From contig NC_086374.1 of assembly GCF_036588685.1 (NCBI RefSeq), positions 47,678,001-47,742,000 of the forward strand: a DNA stretch of 64,000 nucleotides, in the 5' to 3' direction. The first letter of the stretch is position 1, and each line of letters opens with the position of its first letter. This DNA comes from Mytilus trossulus. Lineage: Eukaryota. Both the position numbers and the translations under genes were made by a program. The notes beneath the pieces are model-generated. The model was not told the origin of the DNA. It worked only from the letters and a program-made list of their open reading frames with translations, and did no database searches. Positions 34,877-45,939 of the stretch are shown here, piece by piece.

Positions 34877-36847
34877 CTATTGCTGTATTTTACAGTAACA
34901 AAGTTTTTTAAGATGATGTTGTTCAATACAGTGTGATTGATTACCGTACTTATTAATACGACTGAAATCACCTACTAAGTCATATGTTTTCCCTTTCTGG
35001 TCAAATCGTAATGTCACCTCGAAGACAGCATCTCCAGGCGTTGTTTGAACTGTTATCTGATAATCAATATAAGACTTAACACGATCGTTGTTTGTAACCT
35101 TCCTATCCATGACGTGTTGTCTTGTCTTCTTAATTCGAAGCCTTTTTTCAAACGGTATTACAAGAAGAGCGTGTTTTATACTCTTCAAGAATAATTGTTC
35201 ACAAACGTCAAAGGAATCTTTTAAATCTTGATTGATCAAAGATACAATAGTATGTCCAACATTGATGACGGTTTTATTTTTAATATCTAATGTTTTAAGT
35301 TTAGAACAAGTACACCAATGAGGTTGGATATCAGCGTCAACACATGTTCTGTCTTCGGAAATCTCATTGAGCAAGCTCATAGATCTTTTCTTTATCACCT
35401 CCTTTTTCGCAATTCCATTGAAATCTAAAATATGTTCTAATGTTGCGAAGATATCAAAAGGAGTTGTAAGTCTTCTAGCATTGATTTGTAAATTTCTATT
35501 AATATCTGGATACTTTTTAAGGAACCATGGGGGGAATACAATCAACATAAAAGGAAGACGTTCTTCCATTTTTCCAACAAACGTTTCTCTAACTTTACCA
35601 AAACGCATTCCATGATCACTAAAAAAGAATACAACGGTATTTTTTAAGGTATCTCTTTCAAACATGTCTTTGAAAAATTTGAGATATATTGTATCTGCTT
35701 TATATGTTCCATCAAGATAATCATGTGTCAGTCTTGTGATGAATGAGAAAGCAAAATGTGGTTTATACTGAAACATCTTCGTAAAATCCTTTAAATAGTC
35801 AAGAACTATATCGGTTTCTGTTCTCCCATGCACACAATTGTGATAAGAATTCCAAATATTTTTATTTTTTTCCATAGCAACACTAAAAGGCCTATTGTAG
35901 TAATCTCCTGGAGTTTTTTTCTTAAATCCAGCTCCAGTAAAATCAAACATTCCTATATCAGGATCATCTTCAGCATAGAAAGTTCTATATCCCTTTGCAG
36001 AATAATTATTCCATATAAAATTATAGTCGTCCATTTGCATCAACCGTACTGACTTGTTCCTTGGTAACTGATCTGCAGATTTTCCCGCAGTCATCGGTAC
36101 TATATTTGGAAAAGTGTTATCAGCAACTTTATTATAGCCTAGTAAATCTATGGCGTTGATTTCATTTACCAAATACGACCATGTTTTCTTCATATAACGA
36201 AGCATATTATTTCGAGCTATTGAATCAACACCCAACATCAAAATATTTAACTGTTCTTTTCGTGTGTTTGCAAATTTAATTGCATTTTGTTCACATCGAT
36301 CTTCGACGTCTTTTTTTAAATGAACAAAAGAAAAGAAATTTGTATACAAATCTAGACCAGCTTCAGTGTAACATTTTACACGAACAAATTCATTTGATAT
36401 ATCAACATGATCTACGAATTCATTACTTTTGTTTATAAACTTAAAATAGTTGTGGTGATGCATTCCATCATATGGTCGCCAAATGACTTCATATTTGCAG
36501 TATTTCATTTTATTTTTAAATTGCGAGTTATTGACAGCTTTCCAATTAATTAATATTGTATTTCCTATTGAATATAATAGGTCATCCTTTATGGCACACT
36601 TTAAGACAGTTCCATGTTTTAACATGCGTTTCACTGATGTATCAAACGGATCTATATGCGGAATTTGACAAAATGAAGTATCTACTAAAAAGGGAGAACT
36701 GCTATTTCTTAACTCAGGTATGGTAAATAACCTTTCGGATGATACCTTATAAAGAGAAAAGGGAATATGCTGGTAATATGCATAACAAACGAACATGAAA
36801 ACGAAGAAACCAAATATAGAATACATGCAATTGCGTTGTTCCTTCAT
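34877..36847 (-). CDS. DUF229-family protein (alkaline phosphatase/sulfatase-like superfamily), type II membrane protein, 656 aa from the ATG at 36847
   Basis: Uninterrupted 2.1-kb ORF. N-terminal hydrophobic anchor (MYSIFGFFVFMFVCYAYY). Motifs CQIPHIDPF, NILMLGVDSIAR, GYNKVADNTFPN, GYRTFYAED, DYYNRPF, THD, FSDHGMRFG, ERLPF, NARRLTTPFDIFATL, RTCxxAxIxxHWCTC, SRINKYGNQSHC and a terminal CYC are typical of DUF229. The first ATG is codon 47 of the tracked ORF. Confidence 0.92.
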   Translation of the reverse strand: MKEQRNCMYSIFGFFVFMFVCYAYYQHIPFSLYKVSSERLFTIPELRNSSSPFLVDTSFCQIPHIDPFDTSVKRMLKHGTVLKCAIKDDLLYSIGNTILINWKAVNNSQFKNKMKYCKYEVIWRPYDGMHHHNYFKFINKSNEFVDHVDISNEFVRVKCYTEAGLDLYTNFFSFVHLKKDVEDRCEQNAIKFANTRKEQLNILMLGVDSIARNNMLRYMKKTWSYLVNEINAIDLLGYNKVADNTFPNIVPMTAGKSADQLPRNKSVRLMQMDDYNFIWNNYSAKGYRTFYAEDDPDIGMFDFTGAGFKKKTPGDYYNRPFSVAMEKNKNIWNSYHNCVHGRTETDIVLDYLKDFTKMFQYKPHFAFSFITRLTHDYLDGTYKADTIYLKFFKDMFERDTLKNTVVFFFSDHGMRFGKVRETFVGKMEERLPFMLIVFPPWFLKKYPDINRNLQINARRLTTPFDIFATLEHILDFNGIAKKEVIKKRSMSLLNEISEDRTCVDADIQPHWCTCSKLKTLDIKNKTVINVGHTIVSLINQDLKDSFDVCEQLFLKSIKHALLVIPFEKRLRIKKTRQHVMDRKVTNNDRVKSYIDYQITVQTTPGDAVFEVTLRFDQKGKTYDLVGDFSRINKYGNQSHCIEQHHLKKLCYCKIQQ

Positions 36848-38234
36848 GTTTTGATTGATGGTGACGTCACTCTTGTACTTTACTTTACACTTTACTAATT
36901 GTTTTGTTTCTCTTATGTAGAGACGTTCTGTTCTGTTCTGTTTTAGTAGTATTCTTCCACTATCTTGGAGAATCGTTGAATGCACTATGTAATACGTCCA
37001 CTACTGTCATTTAAATACGAACTGAAACACCATCTTATCGTCCAGGAAAATAGTCATACTAGTAAATAAAAATATAAATCCTAGAGTGTAAGTGTAATAA
37101 TTACTTGCAGGTTGTTGCGTTGATATGATTAAGGGATATATTGAGCATATAAATTTTGTACCCAAAATCACACTCTCAGCTGAAAAATACGAATTAAAAA
37201 AGATTTAAAAGGATTTTGGTGAGTTCTCACGTAATCACTTGTGGATATTTAAAATCCCAGACACGATTTCTATTATGACGCAATATATTTTCAGAAACGA
37301 AATAAATAATACTATTTATATCAAAACGTGAAAAACTCAAAAACTATGTTATAAATGCAAATCTACTGTAAAATATTTGAAAAAAAGAAGTATGCTTGTT
37401 TTGTTACATTGTCCGTTTATTTGTGATTTTAGTTAAAAATAAATCAGTCAGTTTTTAAAATACTGATATTAAAAAAGAAATCGCTTTATTAAGCGTGGAA
37501 ATTCTTGTATTTACCTTGAATTGTATAAGCATTGCATGCAGTAGTTTTTTTCCCCTCAAAATTCTCAAAAATTAATAATGATGCCCGACAGAAGGATTTC
37601 TATCAAACATTTGATGATTGATATTTGATAGATTTATACTTCTCTTTGTTGGGTCAAAACAAGTGACATTATAATACCTTTTCCTATTGATGTATATATT
37701 GTAAGCTAAGACAAACTTACGTTTTCAATAGTATACCTTTGATATGTCAATGTAATTATTGGATACATATGCCACCGTGCATTTCTGATTTTGTTAAAAT
37801 ATAATATAATAAAAAAAACAAGCGTTACAAAAGAAAAAGTTTGTTACATATCGTACAATATACATTGATCGAAATCAATTTAACCATACAACATTTCATT
37901 ACTTTCTTAAATAATTCGATAAGAAATCAATAGAATTTTAATCAAAAATGTTGTATAACTTCTGTTCTAGTGTAGAAATGCTTACTCGTTTTTTTCGATA
38001 GGTGATGTAAAAAGTGAAACATTTGTTTGAGTGTTTTTTTTCTACGTAAATTTGATATGGCTGCGAAAAATCATACACTTTCATTGTGTATATATGGTAA
38101 TAATACAGAAATAGTATAAGATCCATTTTTTTGCAGAATCATTAGAACATTTCAGTCCTCTCAAAGGTATGCCAACATTGAATAATAAAAAAAGACCAGA
38201 CCACAAAATGTCCTTGCCGAAAGAATACATTTTC

Positions 38235-38430
38235 TATTAATTTATTGGTTACGTAAGCCGGAGTGCCCCGGGAAAACCATAGACTTTCGATAAGAAAACT
38301 GGCAATCCTAGCCAACTTAGATTGGAGTAGAGTGCAGCCGCACAAGCGGGGTTCGAACTCACAACCACGGTGTTTACTGACTAGTGATTACAGTAATAAC
38401 TTCTCAGACCACTCTGCCTTCGAGACCCCT
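38235..38430 (-). mobile_element. tRNA-derived SINE, family B (V-domain-like core)
   Basis: Minus-strand A box GGCAGAGTGG and B box GAGTTCGAACCC, plus a CCGGAGTGCCCCGGGAAAACC core. A degenerate relative lies near 11665-11820. Confidence 0.7.
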
Positions 38431-39089
38431 AAATATATTTTAGGAAAAACCTTTATTCATATCAATTATTAACGACACCAAAATGAAGCTTTTTGGTAGT
38501 TTTCGCAAACGTGTGGAAACATGATATATTATGCTCGAATCTCTAAAGCCAATTTGTAAAACTAAATTTACATATACTAATACTGACAACCATGATGTCT
38601 AACGAAGATCTGATAAATTTAGATTCATAATACTTTATCATGACCTAAAAAAGTTACCCCATCATACATTTTCCTTTTTTATATACGTGTAGATGTTGAA
38701 AATAACAAAATATATAATTTACGTTTTCCTAATAATAACTTTTATACGTATATCTACGTGTACAAATCTTAAGATTTAAGGAACGCAAATGATATAACAC
38801 GATAATATATGTAGATAATTTTATCAAATCGTGTTGACAGAAATTTCAGCTGAACATAAAGCTTTCGTGAGAGTCAATAATTTGGACTTTTGATTTAATC
38901 CAAAATATTTACAACTAAATGGACAAAACCAAAAATATAACACTTTATTATGCAAACTTGGTCATATTCCAATAAGTCAACTTTATGATATTTTTCTGGA
39001 GTGTGATAAAGCTAAATTTATGGTAGCCCTATGTACGAATGCATCCTTATCATTACAGCGTTTTGTGATCAGAATGTGTTTTCTAATAT

Positions 39090-40215
39090 CGATAAACCTG
39101 AAAATCAGGAACAGGATTTTTTTAAATTGAAATATATTAATAGAGGTATTTCTTTTATTAACTTATCTAGTAAATTCAATGATTCCACCATCTATAGCCA
39201 AATACCTTCATATTTTGATAACACAGAACCACCGATATTTTCGTATTCTCCACCCCCAACCCCCCCCACCCCCCAAAGCAGATATTTGATTGTGAGCGTC
39301 AGTATCATCAGACGTCAATATAGGAAATAGCGCTCCTTCAATTTGTTACTGTGAAACATCTAGTTTAAGTTATGGTCACTATGTTCATGTCTTTATAGGA
39401 GACCACAAGTAGAAACAATTACTGGAAATGTGAAGATATGATTGAAGCTTTAACTTTATTCAATGACAGTGTATGCATATTATTTTCTGTGACTGTATCT
39501 TACATTAATTTGTAGGATCCTTTACTATAGATAATTTAGCTGATCTGTAACCACAACATCTTCATGTCTTATATATCATGTACTGTAGTACGCCGCTAGA
39601 TTAAAACTGACGTGGAAAGGTAACATATGGCCACCGAAAGCTCTTTTTTTGAGAGCCCAGGTGGTCGTGTGGTCTAGCGGGACGGCTGCAGTGCAGGCGA
39701 TTTGGTGTCACGATATCACAGTAGCATAGGTTCGAATCCCGGCGAGGGAAGAACCAAAAATTTGCGAAAGCAAATTTACAGATCTAACATTGTTGGGTTG
39801 ATGTTTAGACGAGTTGTATATATATATATGCATACACTGTTATTGAATATATATATATATTCGGCAATCAAGTGTTTCGACAGCTAGTAGGTATTTCTAT
39901 TGGTACTAAAGGCCCCCCTTTAATAGCAAATTTTATCCTTTATTGCTGGAAAATTCAGATTATATATATAAAAAAACTCAGTAAAGACACGCCATTGCTA
40001 CATTTGATTGACGCATTAAACAATTTCTACTGTTATCTTGATGATATTCTACGTTATATAATCCAGAGTTCTCTAAATATACTACCGAAATGTACCCAAA
40101 GAAACTTACTGTAAATAAATGTAACATACACATAGTTGTCCTTTTCTATACATTTCAATATATAAAAGGGAACTTCCATACTAAGATTTTTGACAAAAGA
40201 GACGATTTTTCATCC
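39090..40215 (+). mobile_element. Decayed Penelope-like reverse transcriptase fragments, interrupted by a SINE
   Basis: KLKYINRGISFINLS..IPSYFDNTEPPIFSY, then FRQLVGISIGTKGPPLIANFILY, YLDDIL, YPKKL, TKIFDKRDDF with frameshifts. Confidence 0.7.
39560..39830 (+). mobile_element. tRNA-derived SINE-like repeat, family A, longest copy
   Basis: A box TGGTCGTGTGG at ~39662, B box GGTTCGAATCC at ~39729, (TA)n tail. Four copies in the window. Confidence 0.8.
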
Positions 40216-40227
40216 ATTTTGGTTAAT

Positions 40228-41180
40228 TTCTAACCGGATTTTTGTGACAAAAATGTCGGTTATTGATTTCGGGATGTACGGCGGGCAGGCGGGCGGGCTG
40301 GCGGTCGGGCGGTCGGGCAGTCGGGCGGGCGGGCAGTCGGGCGGGCGGGCAGTCGGGCGGGCGGGCTTCAATCAAATGTTGTCCGTGCATTAACTCATGA
40401 ACCGTTCAGCCAAAGCTTTTAAAATTTCAATATGTTGTAACTGACAACTAAATGAAGGTCAAGTTCAATAATGTCGATTTTGACTATTACCGTTCAGGAG
40501 TTATGGTTCTTGAAAGATTGAAAAATGAAGTTTCCAGTCGTGTACGTGCATTAACTCATAAACCGTTCAACCAAAGCTTTTAAAATTTTATATGTTATTA
40601 CTGACAACTAAATGAAGGTCAAGTTCAATAATGACGATTTTGATTTTTATCGTTTGGGAGTTATGGTTCTTGGAAGATTAAAAAATTGAGTTTCCAGTCG
40701 TGTCCGTGCATTTATGCATGAACTATTCTTCCAAAGCTTCCCAAATTTTAAGATGTTGTTACCGATGACAAAATAGAGGTCAAGTTCAATAATGACGATT
40801 TTGACTTTTACCATTCATGAGTTATGGTTCTTGAAAGATTGAAAAATGGTATTTCCAGTCGTGTCCGTTCATTTTCTCATGAACCATTTTACCAAAGCTT
40901 TTGAAATTATTATATGTTTACTGATGACAAAATAGAGGTCAAGTTCAATAATGACGATTTTGACTTTTACCGTTCAGGAGTTATGGTTCTTGAAAGATTG
41001 TGAAATGGCGTTTCCATTCACGTTGTTGCATTTACTCATGAACCATTCAAACTAAGCTTTTCAAATTTTAATATGTTGATATATACTGACTACAAAATGG
41101 AGATCAAATTTGAAATTGACGATTTTCACTTTCACCATTCATCAGTAACGGTTCTTGTGATATCGCCAGGACACAAATAA
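40228..41180 (-). mobile_element. Helentron-type element with about 5 ~160-bp cores and a (GGGC)n microsatellite
   Basis: Terminal hairpin AACCGGATTTTTGTGACAAAAATGTCGGTT, G-rich microsatellite at 40280-40365, and GTCAAGTTCAATAATG recurring at ~40458, 40618, 40779 and 40938. Confidence 0.8.
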
Positions 41181-42219
41181 TGTTAATATTAATACGGTTT
41201 GCTGTTGTTTTGACATTCTCTTGTCCTTGTTCCTTTGCATCCATCATACGGTGTTTATGTATGACAATTCGTTCGTTATGATTTTGTGTAGCGATGTCAC
41301 AGATTTTAACGAATGTAATCAATGATCAAACAAATAATCTTGACTTTGAACTGGCTGTTATCAAAGGGAAACAATTCAATCTCAATCTCAATGTGTTTAA
41401 ATCTCAGGAGAGATAAATCTTGTTCCACGAGGGGGTAGCTAGTCAACTATAGTCTATTTCTGAAACATATTTTGGATATTTATTTTGCTCAACCAAATTG
41501 TTTAATAATTAATTCATCACTTTGTGCTCGATAAAATCCCTGAGTATGTATTTGTTATGCAATCTTTGGTGTTTTGTGAAAAGACAGTTTGTATTATGTG
41601 CGTGAATGACATATAGTTGATAATAACAAATACGCATGGGAGTTAAAAAATGAGATGTGTGAAAAAAGATGTCCATTCACATTAAAGCAAAAAAACCTGA
41701 CTCGTAATTTTTACATATATACGTCAGACGCGTTTCGTCTACAAAAAGACTCATCAGTGACGCTCGAATCCCAAAAAGTTAAAAAGGCAAAATAAAGTAC
41801 AAAGTTGAAGAGCATTGAGGACCAAAGTTCTTAAAATTTTTGCCAAACCAAGCTTAGGTAATCTATGCCTGAGGTAGAAAAGGATCCATTATGCAGAGGA
41901 TACAGATCAAAGATTGGTCTAATTTGACAACTGATAAATAAAAATACGATGGATGCCTAATGTAATAGCGCTATCTAAATAAAATAAATGAAAACAATAT
42001 ATATTTTTTTTCAATCAGTACAATTTTTATTATGTAGACCAAAAGTAGAGAAATATCGCATTGAATGACTCCAATAAGAACGCAGCCGGCAGAGCGCAGC
42101 TTCCCATGGTCCGGACTCCATGGTTGGACTCCATGGTTGGACTGATCGCTAGGCCACTAACAGCTCAATCATTGGATGTTGTCATTAACTACATACAGTT
42201 TTACTGCTTTCAATCAACA

Positions 42220-42277
42220 ACAACAAATGGAAGTTTTTAACGACCTTGACTGGCTATACAGCCCTTGCACGGTCGGA
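42220..42277 (-). mobile_element. 58-bp 5'-truncated non-LTR retro-insertion
   Basis: 12-bp TSD TTTCAATCAACA (42208-42219, 42278-42289), a (TTG)n tail on the - strand and an internal stem-loop. Confidence 0.7.
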
Positions 42278-45200
42278 TTTCAATCAACAGGATATTTCCA
42301 AACAAATTATATAAAATGATTAGGTCTTTCAACAAGGGTTATAAATAATAAGCAACGATGCAAAAATTGAATTTTAGAACATAGATAAGTCTTTTTAAAA
42401 AATGATTTCAAAACAGTAATATCTATTCAATTTAACAAATATGTACTGAATAGTGTTATGTACCAGAAACAAACAATGGTTTGGAACAAACTATATCACT
42501 ACGAACGACAACTCGACCTAGAATGTTGCTCACATTTGTTGATAATGTAAACAAACATCGATTCACAAAAAATGATAATATGTAGCAATTTACAACAATC
42601 AGAATGCTGTAGTAGAGATCATCAGGAAATTAATCTGGTTTGCCGCCCGGAGATGCCGATAAGTGATATTTTACAAAATCATGTTTTCAGTGGACGTGAT
42701 GAACTGTCCTTGCCAAAATTACAAATAATTCAGGTATCTAACATTCCTAACATATATTGATACCACGATAATACATTGATAATTCTGCCTTGTTAAATAT
42801 ACCTTATTGTCGAAAAATACAGCAATAGTTATGTCATCAACGGCCAAAGAAAAAATCGTAATGATCAAGCATGGAATTCTGCAAATTGACCGTCTCCAAA
42901 AATATTAAATTCTAAAATTGAGTTATCGTCCTTTTCGCGCCCGACGACTATTGAAAAGGCTAATCAATGCATCACTGGTTATTAAGTAAGTCAGATTTAT
43001 CGTTTCTATAAATTACGTTAAACTTTATTTAATTCTTTCATAGATACAAAAATTGCAATAAGTATATTGATTAGTAATAGAGATCTTATTAATGTTGTAA
43101 TAAGTCTTTGTAATAACATTACTTGTTTTTTCTAATAAAGCAATCACAATTGATAATTTATAGTAAGACTTTCTATTTCGTTATGTAATACTTCTGTTTT
43201 AGGTTCGGATGTACATAGACGTCAAAACGTTGGAATCTGCTGCATTTGTTTGCACTTTTCCTAAGTCAGGAACTTGTTGTTCAGTCGTAGATTGTTGATA
43301 TGGTTCATGAGAGTTTTTCTATCTATAGATTATATCGTTTTTTTGTCTGTTTATTTTGTTTACACTTGTCATTTTTGGGCGATTTACAGCTTGCTGTTCT
43401 GTGTTACCGAAGTATCGGTACTTTGTCTTATAATTATTAATTTAAATACATTGTGACATGGATGGAGAGTTGTCTCATTGAGACTCTTACCACATCTTCA
43501 TATTTCCAATTTAATATGTCTTCTGCATTTGTTTCAATCGTTTATCACCAATATTTTAATCTGGTGTCCGGGCGAAACGTTAATTGGTTTTATTCAGGTA
43601 CGTGACTACCTTACGTGTATTAAAAATAACCATGCCTACTTGACCTTTACCAAACATACAAAGTTTGCTCACGGTAGCTGTTAACCAATGATGTTCCTTC
43701 AAATGTACAAGACGTAAGATAAATACGTATACATGGATTACAAACAAGAAAGAAAAACAAATTTGAAGTGAATTGAAATACGCATGACTTTTTGATATAT
43801 AACGATATGACAATAACTTAATCAATTACAACATTTAAAGGAACAGATCTGCTAATGAAAAGGGGTAACGTTTTTAATATAATTCTGCATTACAAAAAGT
43901 ATCACAAAAATACTAAACTCAAATGTAAATATAAACAGGAGCAGTCCATAAAAACAGAACGAATGGAAACCTACAAACCGCAATCCTGATTTGATACACG
44001 TATTTGTCGACGAAAATGGTAGGTTAGAATTAGTTTTATAGCTAGGTTAATATGAAAATATAAAAAAAGTTAAAATGTTAATGAGTCGATAAAGCCATCA
44101 AAAAGGTAAGATATTGAGCCAAAGATGAAGTACACACCAGATGATTTGCGTTTAAAATTTAAAACGATAACCAAAATTTAGAAAAGCAAATTTAAAAAAT
44201 CTATCCTGTTTTGTTAGTCAAGTATCAACGTACTGTAAACTTGACTGGTAATGCAGTGCAAAGATAATCTATGCGCCTCGGATTGAATTCAAAGGACCAG
44301 AACTAATGACATTATATCATAATAAAAAACATATTCCATCCTGTAATTTTATAGTGCAATTTCAGTTTAACGTCCGTTGACTAGCAAATTGTTTGAAATT
44401 ATTTAATTTGTTTGAATAGTGACATTCCTCCTTTGATTTCGGAATCATCTGTTTTGCGTATCAAATTACATAATTTCCTACTTTATCTATTCATGCCAGC
44501 ACATCGTCACATTTTAAACTTTCAAGAAAATTAAACTGGCTGCTTGTCCAGACAAAAAGGGAAAAAAGTTATTTTTCTTTGAATACGTCAATCTTAAAAA
44601 GCCGAATTAATATGAAATTCATGATATAGATATCATCTTTATATGTTTTTTATGAATAATTTTTTTCCATCTTAATGCATGAGACAAATGTCTCTCATAA
44701 CTACTATTTTAGGTATTTTAAAACATTATAAGCTTTACTTCCGTTTTATCAGCGTATTTTATCTTCTGTCAAAGCACTTCTAATGCAAATCATTTTCATT
44801 TTTTGATCATTTTTTTTTCATCCCATATCTCTAAATTCATCTGGTAACATGAGTAAGACGACAGGCCTCTGAAATACACTTATTATAATCTTGATACTTT
44901 CGATACAAAAACTAATTTTGCCTTTGTTTTTTGTTTTTATTTCAAAAATTGTTACCTGGTTAACCATCGTACCACGAGAAGCATATTGTAATGGAAGCTT
45001 TAATAAGTACATTGAAATTAAAAAGAAGAGATTACTAGTAAGTGTACTAGTTCATGATACTGATAGTACTGAAAGGTATTATAATTTAGTACGCCAGAAG
45101 CGCGTTTCGTCTACATAAGATTCATCAGTGACGCTCATATCAAAATATTGATCGAAGTTAAAGAGCAATTGAGTATCCAAAATTCCAAAACATTGTGCCA

Positions 45201-45890
45201 AAAACGGCTAAGGTAATCTATGCATGAGATAAGAAAATCCTTAGTTTTTCAAAACAAAATCAAAGTTTTGTTAACCCTCGATGGTATGGCTTACCACGAA
45301 GACATCATCATATTTATCACTCAATTAATGTTGATATGAAAATCATTTTTATCGTTAAGGATTCAGAATCTTGACCATTTAGAAAGATATTTCAACATTC
45401 AGAAGAAATGGGAAGAGGTTATTTTTTACTTGATATTTTATCTTGTTATGAAATATATTTTCTAATCATAAGATTTTCAATATGAATTTTTACGTCTTTT
45501 TTAGAGGTTGTCATTTATCATCAATCTTTATTGATCACACCGTCCAATGATCATTACTAACCACCCCATGTCTGTATCATTCACTGTTATAAATTTTTTT
45601 TTACATTTTATTCAATAAAATAAAAAAATCCTCAGATGCTTTTTAATTAACACCTTTTTGCTTTATAAAACCATTTTAAGACGTTCTTTAGTTTTGTTAT
45701 GAAACAGTCAACAGTTTGTTAAAAACAACTTTTTATTAAAAGATCGTCATTTGGTCACAAATCTCGAATGCGAAGCTCGGCATTTTGTGAAGAAAAAAAA
45801 TAAAACGAAGGGAAATATGTTTGACATTCAATTATAATTTAATAACATTAAAATGTTAAAAATAATTGGGTACTTATGTTTAAAAACTCC

Positions 45891-45898
45891 TATAAAAG
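45891..45898 (+). promoter_or_regulatory. TATA box of MSP-like gene A
   Basis: TATAAAAG starting 49 nt before the ATG at 45940. Confidence 0.7.
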
Positions 45899-45939
45899 GA
45901 ATTGAAAACAAGACCTGCTTTGAGTTGATAACTTTCAAA

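Noticed and set aside
35367-36668. Three + strand ORFs inside the DUF229 gene
   Set aside because: Antisense shadows of a real CDS
36848-36985. 46-codon N-terminal extension of the DUF229 ORF
   Set aside because: It starts at GTG, not ATG. It is more likely 5' UTR unless an upstream coding exon splices in, which I could not identify.
39653-39750. tRNA gene (also 10310-10410, 21123-21210, 38340-38430, 50140-50215)
   Set aside because: A and B boxes are present but I cannot fold a proper acceptor stem or cloverleaf. The copies share a 3' body and tail, so they are SINE-like.
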